Source of the DNA: Macrostomum lignano
Taxonomy: Eukaryota
Reading direction: 5' to 3'
Assembly: GCA_002269645.1 (NCBI GenBank)
Contig: NIVC01004966.1
Coordinates: 1 to 29,955 of the forward strand
DNA length: 29,955 nt
A model generated the notes under the pieces. That model saw only the letters and a list, made by a program, of their open reading frames with translations, did not search any database and had not been told where the DNA came from. Every line of letters begins with the position of its first letter. Position 1 is the stretch's first letter. This document shows positions 20,394 to 29,955 of the stretch, piece by piece. Both the position numbers and the translations under genes were made by a program.

Positions 20394-23300
20394 TCAAAAA
20401 ACTTCTGGGTAAACGATATTTTTGGTTCTTTCGCCGCACATTCGAACTCGAACATTACAAACATTTTTTGCTCTGGAAAGTGCAGTGTAGAGCTGTCCAT
20501 GCGCAAAACAGCTACCTGCAAGGTCAATTCCAACTACGTCAAGGGATTGGCCTTGTGCTTTATGAATAGTCATGCAGAAACAGGGTCGTAGAGGAAATTG
20601 TAGCCTTCTGAACTTAACAGGTAGATCCAAATTACTTGGTATCAATGGTACGCGCGGCAACAAAACTGTTTCGCCTTTGAATTGACCAGCAGCAATTTGA
20701 CATTGTAAGATATTGTTTCGCAATTCCTTAATGATTAATCGTGTTCCGTTGCACAGTCGTGGTGGGTTTAAGTTTCGTAGTAGAACTACAGGCATCCCGC
20801 ATTTGAGACAAAGCCGATGCTTTGGCAATCCAGGTGCGTCCATACTATTCAGCACTTCAGGTGGATAGTGCGTCAAGTCATCCTCATCCTCGACACTGTC
20901 AATTGATCTATATTCGCGATCAACGCCTGGAAATAAATCTAAACATGCATCGTTAATTTTATCAACGGAGTCGTTTAGTGGAGCTAAAATGACGCGGCTC
21001 TCAAACAACTTCTCCCTGTTTTCGATCCCAGCGAACGTTGGGTATACAAACCGGATCAAATCAACATCAGTAGCGTCACCAGGCAAAACGATTTCGGGTG
21101 GTAGCACGATATTGGCGTCTGAATCACTCGGTATCGAACCTTCGCCAACCTAAAATGGTTAGAAACAAAATAGAGTAAAGTATGAGACCCACTGTCACAT
21201 CCTGCTTTCAATAATTCGAAAGTAACTTACCCGAAGTAGAAACTCAGCTTACCAGTTTGCCGATTGATCGACAGAGCCACTGTTAAAAAGTCGAATGTTT
21301 CGTGTCAAGTGATGTCTTTGAAACTTTAACCACAGAGCTGATCGACTTACACAGGCGATTACATTGTTTGCGCGTGTTCCATGTTTTACGACCGGCAGCA
21401 GCTGCCGAAAGTCGCCACAACAAACAACTGTTATTCCGCCAAACGGAGCTTCATTATCTCTAATGTCTCTTAAACTTCGATCAACCGCTTCCAGATCTTT
21501 TCTGTTAACCATCGATATCTCATCCCACACAATAAGCTCGGTTTTTCTGAAGATGGACGCCAGTTTGGATTGAGCACCAACGGAACATACTTCCCTTTCG
21601 AATCTCATAGTCCTTACCGGAATCTTGAACACCGAATGTGCAGTTTGACCCCCAGGAAGCAGGGTGGCCGCAATTCCGGAGGACGCTACAGCAAGAGCCA
21701 TCTGCCCTCGGCTGCGGACAAACGAAAGGATAACTTCCAGCAAGTAGGTTTTGCCTGTTCCAGCCGGCGCATCGACAAATTGCAAGTCACCAGTTTTGTT
21801 CGAAATGTTAGTAATAACTTGATCGTATATGCTTCTCTGTTCGTCAGTAAGCAAAGGCAATCGTTCAGTTAAGATGTCAGACTGTTCCATCGGATCGAAC
21901 TGGATTGGCCCAGCCTTGGGTATTTCGCTTGCTGCTGGTAGACCATAGTCTGGTAGATTGCGACCTCCCATGAACTTAATCATCGACTGAAGCTCTCGAA
22001 GAACCAAGTCGTCACCTCGTCATCATTTAAACCCGAGTTTCGATAGCGCCAATCTTCACTCATGAACTCGGAGAAATCCCGCCACAGTTCAGTAGCATCA
22101 ACTGGTTCGCCCCAACTAAGATGACCGCGAATAAATGACGCAGGGCCTTGGGCATTCGTGTCGGAGCGGCCTCATTCAAACTGAGTCTCCAGTGATAGTC
22201 GTGCTCCAATAGCTGCCGAGCAACGCATGCAGACCTATACGTCGTGTGTTCGACTTCGTCCACAGTGCGCAAATGTTTGTAGCATGTGGGTCCTCTAACG
22301 TGCAGCAGCAACAGCCGGAGGTAAAACAAATCGCCCGTTCTTGGACTCACTGTGTACATGCGGGCAATGTTAGTAGTGCGTTTTACACCACGAAAGCCAC
22401 TAACTGAAGTTCCTTGCTGAGCACGACGCCATTCCTTTGCTTCCTTGTGCCATACATAGTAAGATGGTGCTTCGATATAAAGCAACCGTTTAGCAAACTC
22501 GTCGACGCAACAGAGTTTGAAAATGCTGTAAGCATTGAGTCACTTGGTGTGCGTGCTTTGGCGCGTGCATTTTCTTCATTGAAGTAAACCGGCTGCTGAC
22601 CTGGTAAATGAACGCAAAGTCTGATTACTGCTGGAAAGCGGTTGTGGATTTGGAAGCCTAAGATTGTATTTACTGCTTCCATTGGGCCTATGTATCTGGA
22701 CGATAAATACTCGGCGATTTCGTTGACCACGGTTGGTTCTGCCGGATGCTCCTGTGGCTGCTCCTGTTGTTCTTGTTGCTGTGGCATTCGCTGTTCTGAT
22801 TGCTGTTCTCGTTGCTGCTGCTGTTGTTCTTGTTGATGCTGTTGTGGCTTGGGTTGCTCTTGTGGATCTTGCTTTTCATCGATTCTGGAAACTTTAAATG
22901 TTGCCATGTCACCACTCTTTAGCAAATATTTAATTATATATTTGACGGCCTTGACGGTCGCACATACTTCAACATTTAAGTGACATGCGAATTCTCTCAA
23001 TAGATCAGATTATAAGGCACAACCCATCGATTGTCCATTTCAACCTGACGACCGCTGCATTGCTTTGTGACAGTGAAGCCTCCCATCACAGGGGACCGTC
23101 TCCGGTAAAAAGGATAGCCGGAATCATTCACGAGCGTCTCAGGTAAAAAGTCTTTTGGAAAATTCTTCGAACAACTATTTTTTCCATGCAAGAACACCTA
23201 GGGTTGAGAGCTCCGCAAGGACCATGGATCATGTGTGTTCGAACCAGCTGATAAAGAACAGGCTGCTTGCTAGGGTCCGGGATCTCTGTTGAGACGAACT

Positions 23301-23641
23301 GATCATATTTGTCTGGTGTAACTCGATACTGAGGTGCCAACCAAAGAAGAATGTGCACGTGTGGAAGGCCACGCTTCTGGTACTCCAATGCGCAGACATG
23401 CGCTTGAACTTCGCCGAAATTAGTTTTTAGCCGTTTGAGTAATTGAGCGAACACGCGCGGCATCTAACCTGTCAGACCGTGCACTTATGGATTCGTTCTG
23501 TATACGCTTCCGACTATACTCTAGTTGTTTCTCAAGCCGCGAATTACGCTCCTCCGCTGTTTCCTGCCGACGACGCAATTTTGCTTCCCGACTCTTTACT
23601 AACTCACTCTTTCGCTTCCTCTTCGGCATGAGCGACAGCAC
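20394..23641 (-). pseudogene. Helitron RepHel (HUH endonuclease + PIF1-family helicase), frameshifted and internally deleted
   Basis: EYQKRGLPHVHILLW (HUH), GYPFYRRR, DNRWVVPYN, KYIIKY (catalytic Tyr motif), FYLRLLL, DAPAGTGKT, ASSGIAA, IVWDEISM, GDFRQLLPV, TIHKAQGQSL, HGQLYTALSR. One 81-nt intron at 21150-21230; at least 5 frame breaks. Confidence 0.93.
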
Positions 23642-23691
23642 ACCCGCGCCCAGGTATCAAAAACTAAGAGACACATTCACATGAAATTGTT

Positions 23692-23893
23692 GAGACCGGT
23701 CGACCGGTTCAGGCCGACAAATAATCGAACAACAAACAGAAGATCAGACAGGTCGACCGGTTCAGGCTGACAAACAAACAAACAAACAGAAGATCAGACA
23801 AATCACTCCAATCCAGCACGAATACGAATGAATCGAAGTTGAACAGACTCACCGGTTGAACTCACCGGTTGAACTCACCGGTTGAACTCACCT
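23692..23893. repeat. ACCGGT-containing repeats upstream of RepHel
   Basis: ~53-bp direct repeat GGTCGACCGGTTCAGGC...CAAACAGAAGATCAGACA twice (23698-23807); 13-bp CTCACCGGTTGAA x3.5 (23848-23892). Confidence 0.85.
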
Positions 23894-24709
23894 TAAAGAA
23901 CTTCAAGGTTATAAAATCAATGCGAGAAAAATACACTATATAATTAGCTTTATATATTGAAAGACTTTATTTAGACTCGAGCCGCCGCTGCTGCTGCTGC
24001 TGATGCTGCGGCCGCGTAGTCAACTTCACGGACCACCATAGATATAAAATTGAAAATTTAACTCTGACTGCGAGAAAAATACACTAATTAGATAGGCGAA
24101 ATACAGTATTTCTCCAATTTGAGAGGCTTCACACTACGACATCAAAATGAAAATTAGACCACATAATCCCAGTAGAATTCCACATCGAATGAAACAAATT
24201 TGACGAAAATCTACCAAGTGGTTCAAGAGGAGATGCGAAACTTATAAACAAAGTTACAAACATTTTCAGATTTAGTATATAAGAAGAATGATGACAGTGT
24301 CAGTGACAGTGATGATGATAGTGACAGGTACTGCCGTTGGCTTGGTATTTGTAGGCCTACTATGAGCTTGCTTTGTTGGTTTGTTGTAGCTGACTGGTGG
24401 TAATGGTGCATACTGCAGTTGGTCTCGGTCAGTTGGTCGCGGGTTCGATTGTTGTCTAATTGACTGAATAACATCAGTTCTTGCATAAGAGCGATCTAGC
24501 TCGGTTGTCTGTCTCTCAATATGAATCGAGGTTACTCTGGCAAGAGATGTAGAATATGATGCTCTTGCAGCAGAATTGGATGTGGTGGCCTCGTGGCAAA
24601 TGCGTTTACACTGATCTGGAGGTGGTTGCGTGAAGACACCATTCTTGAATGCTGTAATAATGATTGGATGAGGGAAAATTTGGTATAGGTGCGTATATAC
24701 AATGTATAT

Positions 24710-24932
24710 AGAAACTGAACTAGCAAACATTTAATCTAAACAGAAACCGAACTAGCAGTCAATCAATCGAGAAACTGAACTAACAGAGAATCAATCTAAA
24801 CAGGAACCGAACTAGCAGAGAATCAATCTAGAAACTGAACTAGCGAAGAATCAATCTAAACAGAAACCGAACTAGCAGAGAATCAATCTAAACAGAAACC
24901 AAACTAGCAGACAGTCAATCTAAAAGACTGAA
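24710..24932 (+). repeat. Tandem repeat of 28/32-bp units (~7 copies)
   Basis: AGAAAC(T/C)GAACTAGCAGAGAATCAATCT(AAAC); units run 32,28,32,28,32,32,~31. Confidence 0.9.
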
Positions 24933-25237
24933 CTTAGAGTAGGTGATTATCTTACCTTCTTTTACATAGCGCTCGACCAATTCCTGCTTACGTGATCGCT
25001 TCATTTGACTTAAAATGCAAGTATAGTCAAACAACTGGTGTAATGTAGACTTGGTTTGAGTTATTGAATATTTTCTGTCTGTGTGTTCGTGTATAAAGTA
25101 TAAAGAAGCATGTTGACATGGTTGTTGGTATATTATCTGTAAACCATCTGCTCAAGTTGGTGCGAAAATATTATAGGTACTCAAGAATAGATCATTTTAT
25201 TATCTTTCTTCAAAAGGGTGATAATAATCGCAAGTTT

Positions 25238-25951
25238 TCAATTCCACATTTCGATAACACTTGAAATGTGTGAATAGCTTTGAAGTAAATTTAACTTGAA
25301 TGAAATTATATGAAGTGTGTTTGTGCCACCATTGCTAGATTCGTTTACTTGTATTTTGGACAGGTGCATATGCAATTCGTCTGAATAATCAATTATTCGT
25401 TGCGTTTTTTTAACGTGCACATGAAAATTTAGACTGCGTAATAATAGCTTCAAAATCTTCAAAATCTGTCTCTTCAGCTGATGTAGTGTTGCCCGTCGGC
25501 ATCCGCAGCAGGACTGAGAAATATTATTAAAAAAATTGTATTACGGGAAAAGACAGGGAAAAAGCTATCATCGACAACAATTAAAAATCGAGACAATTGT
25601 AAACTTACGTGCATACTCGGCAAAGAAATCCGCTTGTCATTAGAAGGTCGATTGTTGCTCGATTGTATAGTTATAGGGCGGCAGTTTAGCGTTAACACAG
25701 TGGTTCATAATTGTCTTTAGCAAATCTAGGTCTTTAGAAACAGCAACGACAATAGCGGAATACATGTCGCCATCGTAGGAGACTCTAGTTTTAAGATCTT
25801 GGGTAGTTGTGCTATTTTCCGAAATCGAGCGGACAAGCGCATCAGTCAGTAGAGATTTGTCTTCTTCAGTTATGTAGAATGTTTTGTCTTTTAAAAAATA
25901 CAGCAGCCAAAATGTTTCATTGCTACAGTTGGTGGGCTCCATCTGAAGCAA
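25238..25951 (-). pseudogene. Possible degraded second ORF of the CMC/EnSpm element
   Basis: Same strand and just downstream of the transposase; 25640-25951 reads like real protein (FWLLYFLKDKTFYI...VSYDGDMYSAIVVAVSKD). No family confidently recognised. Confidence 0.35.
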
Positions 25952-26074
25952 AATAGATGAGCAGAAAGTCTCGCTAATAGCAAATTTTAGCAGAAAGGTA
26001 TAATTATAAATTCTGATTCAGACACAGGAATTCCAACACATTTTGTCACAAAGCCAACATCTTTAGCTCTAAAA

Positions 26075-28279
26075 CTAGACTTCCTGTAGTAGCCAATTCC
26101 AAGCATTGCCGAAGGATGTGTGGCCGTCATCTGTTTTGTAGGCATAAAGATCCTTGGTCATGGACAAAAATACACCAGAGACAAACTTCTTACAGATGGA
26201 AACGTGTGACACAAGAATAACTCTGTTATCACTTGTAAAAACTATGTTGTTAGGAAATTTGTCTGTCACATTAAAAGATGAAAGAGCAACATTAGAGTAA
26301 ATGTCTCGAACTGCTAGAAGCTGATTTATTTTATTTTTTTTTTATTAGAGGCAGGGGGGTTGTGTGCACCCTGGCGCAATTTAAGCGTCATTGGCACACA
26401 ACCGGCGAGAGGCATTACTGCCCATTCCGCCGACTCCCCTGAGCAGGCATACAAGCGCGCGGATACGTTACGCAGGCACACACTCACACAGGAGTGTACA
26501 GCGGCCCTAACTTTATTAATTGTTAGGCATGTACACTTCACTGCGCCTTGGGGGGTTGGCTCTCAAGGCCGTTAATTGCACAAGCGAGCCAAGCCAAGAT
26601 TCCAATCCAGCCCCAAATTAATGTGGCTGCACTTGAATCGAGCCTGGGTCGCGGCACACCAGAGCAGCTGCGCTACCGCTGGGCTACGGCCCCCCTGTAG
26701 AAGCTGATTGAGTGATTGTTAAAATATTCCACTAGTGGCCCGAATTCTTTTTTTTAGCAATGATAGATAATTTTCAAAAGGAAAAGCAGAGATGTCCTCA
26801 GCTGTTACAGTATCTCCTAAATAATCGCATAGGTGCAGCAGACAATGAAAGTTAAACGAATAAAAGCAGCGGTCAAATAGTTCCTCCACTTTGACAACAA
26901 ATAGCTCAATCATTACACTGGCATATGACTTTAGATGAAGAAGTCGCGGCGAGGAGAGAATATACATGGCCATATGAAGGAGAAGAAAGTGCTGGTAATA
27001 ATCATCTCTTAAGCTGTTGCGTAAAACAAATGGACCAAAGTATAGAAGCCAGCCTTGAAACTCGAAAGCCTTAAAATGGCACAGTTCATTTGTATGGCGT
27101 ATTTTGCTCTGAAAGTCAGATGGAATACATTTCTGCAATGCTGTGACCTGGGCGTTAACATTCTTTAGCAGCTGCTGTGATAATTTACATTGAAGCCAAA
27201 TGCCTTTGATGGATGTAAAATAACATTTCAAAAGTTTTTTAGTAACTCCAAGATATACCATATGCATTGTATCAGGAACAAAGCTATTTGAAATGAAACG
27301 AGACCCAACATTGGGGATCTTACAGATAGCATATTATTTTCTTGGCCAGCAAGGTAGGATAGATCAGTTCTTTGATTTGCAGGATTATAACTACTAGGAG
27401 GAAAAACTATACGCTCACGAAAGTATTCTACTTGTTTTCGACAATACATGCAACCAGAGTAGCCACTGTGCCCAATGACTGACATAATAAAGCTACGAGC
27501 AGGAGCATCACATACGAAAATAATAGATCCAAGTTGCCAAACTTTGTCATCAATAAAAATGCCAGATGCCTTTAGTTGTTGTAATTCCTTAGTTAAATTA
27601 TCCAAAAAAGGTTCAAATTTGGTTTTCCTACTCCACAAAATATGCCCAAAGGTAATGGATTCTTGAAACCTTTGATTTGCATTAAAATAGTCCATAAGCC
27701 AATAGATGAAGAATGAAAAAGTGGCAAACCATCTATGTTGATTTTTATTTGAGGAATAGTTCCTGACGCCATGGAAAACTTTTCTGGTGCCTGTTGAAAG
27801 GCATATATCAAATTGCTAGCCATAGACAAATATGCCAGATTATTGGATGTTATTAAGCCCACAAGATTGGTGGAACCACAGTTTGGTTTGCCCATTTTCT
27901 TAAGAAGAAACATAGACTCTGGTATACCTTGAACATTGTATCGATTAAGGATTGCCAATAGAGCTGACATAGTTCGGTAAGGAAGGTTGAAAGTCAAATA
28001 AAACAAGAAAAGCTGTTCTGCCAATGTTAGCTCAGGTGCATCAGGCAAGGGAATATCAGATTCTTTTTCATTGCTTTCATCAAATAAGCTATCCAATAGA
28101 TCATTAAAGCCTATTTCTTCATTTTGCTCTTCCATTTCTATGCTATTACCATTGCTTTGTTCATCCAAGGATATAACAGTAGCTTCCATAGCACAAGCAG
28201 TAGCATCTTGATTATCTCGTAGATTAGTAGCTTCCAAATCATTAAGTCTAGTTTTTGCTCGAGCAGTTGGATTGAGCAA
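26075..28279 (-). pseudogene. CMC/EnSpm (CACTA-like) DDE transposase, frameshifted, SINE-interrupted
   Basis: INIDGLPLFHSSSIGLWTIL, GIFCGVGKP, FVCDAPARSFI..GHSGYSGCMYC, MHMVYLGVTKKLL, FHCLLHL, SAFPFENYL; coding continues at 26075-26315 beyond the SINE. TIRs not found. Confidence 0.88.
26327..26697 (-). mobile_element. tRNA-derived SINE, 371 bp
   Basis: 12-bp TSD TAGAAGCTGATT (26315-26326 and 26698-26709); minus-strand head GGGGCCGTAGCCCAGCGGTAG with A box (26686-26676) and B-box-like GGCTCGATTC (26644-26635); A-rich tail AATAAAAAAAAAATAAAATA. Confidence 0.9.
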
Positions 28280-29089
28280 AGCGCAAGTTTAATTTAATAC
28301 TTTTAATTGCTTGCGAATTTTGGCAATCACTCGAGCAGCACTGAATTCATATTTTTTTGGTAGACATATTATCAATTAGGACAATAAGTACCAATCAGTG
28401 GTGCATAAATTTATTTCTGGATTGAGTGTACAGGCCAAGCTTGCAAGTCCGCTAAAATAACAATTATAATCGGTTATCATAGTCTAATTATTAATTGCTT
28501 GAATTTATATAGAATTCTCTAGCCAATGTGATTTTAATCTGCAAAGTAGAATAAATGCTGTAACTTACTCTTTAAGTTATTCTAAGGATAGTAAGCTAAC
28601 TATTTTGATATTTTACATAATAAGTCTTTAGCTAGCCAAAAAACAGACAAATTAGATATAATATTGACATTAAAAAAACTTTAAAAATATTTTATAGATA
28701 GCAATAACACATAAACATATTAATATGCTACAAAATTTCTAAATACTATGGGCCCTTAAAATATTGCAATCCTTTGTGAAATTGATGGTATTAGGCTTAT
28801 AGCCATAGGCTATAACTAATGATTAATTAAATTTTTAAATATCTCTAAATTAATACACTGAAATTACATTGCTTCAAATTATTATTTGCTTAAGATAGCC
28901 TTCTAGGCTAGGTTATTATACAATAGAGATATTATAGCATTCTGACTCTAGATTGTATCTTGAAATTTGATGTAGCCTTGTAGGATATAATTTTGTATCC
29001 AGATTTTTTTAATTTATAAAAAGTCCATGAAATGGGACTTTAAAATATGGAGTATTTATAGACATGGTTGCCATGCAGGCTCTTATTGT

Positions 29090-29272
29090 GATGGCTGCTA
29101 TGCCTCTAGTATGGGGACTTTATATTTAAGGGACACAGCTGCCATGTCTATAAGCTCCAATATTACAGAAATGGCGGCCATGTCTATAAGTATAGTCCTA
29201 ATCAATATTAAAGCCACGGCCACTATGCCTATAAGCTTTTGCATTATAGACACAGCCACATGTCTCTAAGTG
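29090..29272 (+). repeat. Degenerate ~36-41-bp repeat
   Basis: GCCATGTCTATAAG-like core about four times. Confidence 0.55.
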
Positions 29273-29955
29273 TGGCATTTAAAATATTGTATCCCAACCC
29301 TTAAAATTGCATCTTGAATTTTGGGACACAATAAGATTTTGCATCTTACGTAGCCTAGCCTAGTGAAAAAATCTAGCTATTACAGATCTAAAGAATTTTA
29401 TAACAATTATAATTTGACTAGTCTATACTCGTAGGTCTAATTTTAGGTTTTGCCTAATTAGCTAGATATATAGCAATTTAGTGGGACTATAAATGAATAT
29501 AGGAATATTATACAATTTTCCTAGACTCTAGAGGCTTCAATTCTTATAAGTTTATTACTTAGCTATTAAGTCACAAGTGAAATGGGCAATTTTGGGCAAA
29601 AAGGTTATCAATATAAAAGTAGTAGCCTTGTCTAATTAAAGGAATATTCTAGAATCCTACAAATAGAATAGGCCTATGACAAAAGCCTTAGGGTCAAGTC
29701 TAACATTAGCCTTTGGACTAAATAGCCAGGCCAAAGTTAGACCTAGCTAGACCTACATAAACCCTCCTATCTTAGATATTATATTTAGCTTAAGGCCTTT
29801 GATTTCCATTGGCATTTCATGTCCATATAAAAAAATAAATATATTAAACAGTTTTCTACTGATTATATTAAGGCACACTGGTATATACGCTATTCAGGAC
29901 AGTAGGCCTGTAGAAAATTTGTGTACCAACCAAAAAGTTATATAGTTTACAATAG

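Larger units (their letters stand above)
18384..24291 (-). mobile_element. Helitron (~5.9 kb) with RepHel and RPA70-like genes
   Basis: 3' end CTAG|T at 18387-18384 with a CCCCCC-TTC-GGGGGG hairpin (18397-18411) about 9 nt upstream; 5' TC at 24284 or 24291; Rep (HUH) and PIF1 motifs inside. Confidence 0.88.

Noticed and set aside
6930-24325. Shared CAGTGT/CAGTGA run at 6930-6965 and 24295-24325
   Set aside because: Simple hexamer repeat; the flanks are unrelated.
26326-26575. Short ORFs on both strands
   Set aside because: Lie within the GC-rich SINE; no recognisable protein.
26625-26697. Functional tRNA gene
   Set aside because: Degenerate B box and arms; attached to a 300-nt body, A-rich tail and TSD, so it is a SINE head.
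100-29760. Inverted similarity between the window ends (TTTGCCCAAAA; AAAGTTAG(C/A)CCTA)
   Set aside because: Only short 11-14 nt matches in AT-rich DNA and not collinear; insufficient for a terminal repeat.
24938-29955. CACTA/CACTG TIRs for the EnSpm element
   Set aside because: No convincing paired inverted repeat found; ends are decayed or outside the window.
28400-29955. Host gene or promoter, including ORF 29027-29269
   Set aside because: AT-rich with only a degenerate repeat; no splice-consistent or recognisable coding signal.

Overview
Eukaryotic, probably invertebrate-animal, genomic DNA (AT-rich, short GT-AG introns, microsatellites) made up almost entirely of transposable elements; no host gene is recognisable. 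Left to right: a Merlin deletion derivative (370-919); four elements of one hAT-like family with 5'-CCATAG TIRs and 8-bp TSDs (1039-1498, 1667-7808, ~7935-8154, 8176-12453), three of them nested in a cryptic ~320-bp older MITE (1541-12527); a diverged second copy of the same transposase (~13190-17450) split by an internally deleted Gypsy LTR element (13772-16242); a Helitron carrying RepHel and a spliced RPA70-like gene (18384-~24290); and a decayed CMC/EnSpm transposase (~26075-28280) interrupted by a tRNA-derived SINE (26327-26697). The 6.1-kb hAT-like element encodes a reconstructable 9-exon DDE transposase. The most striking structure is the hotspot where roughly 370 bp of pre-insertion DNA has expanded to about 11.5 kb by repeated insertion of this one family. 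All calls come from reading the sequence by eye; no database searches were run, and the species cannot be identified.
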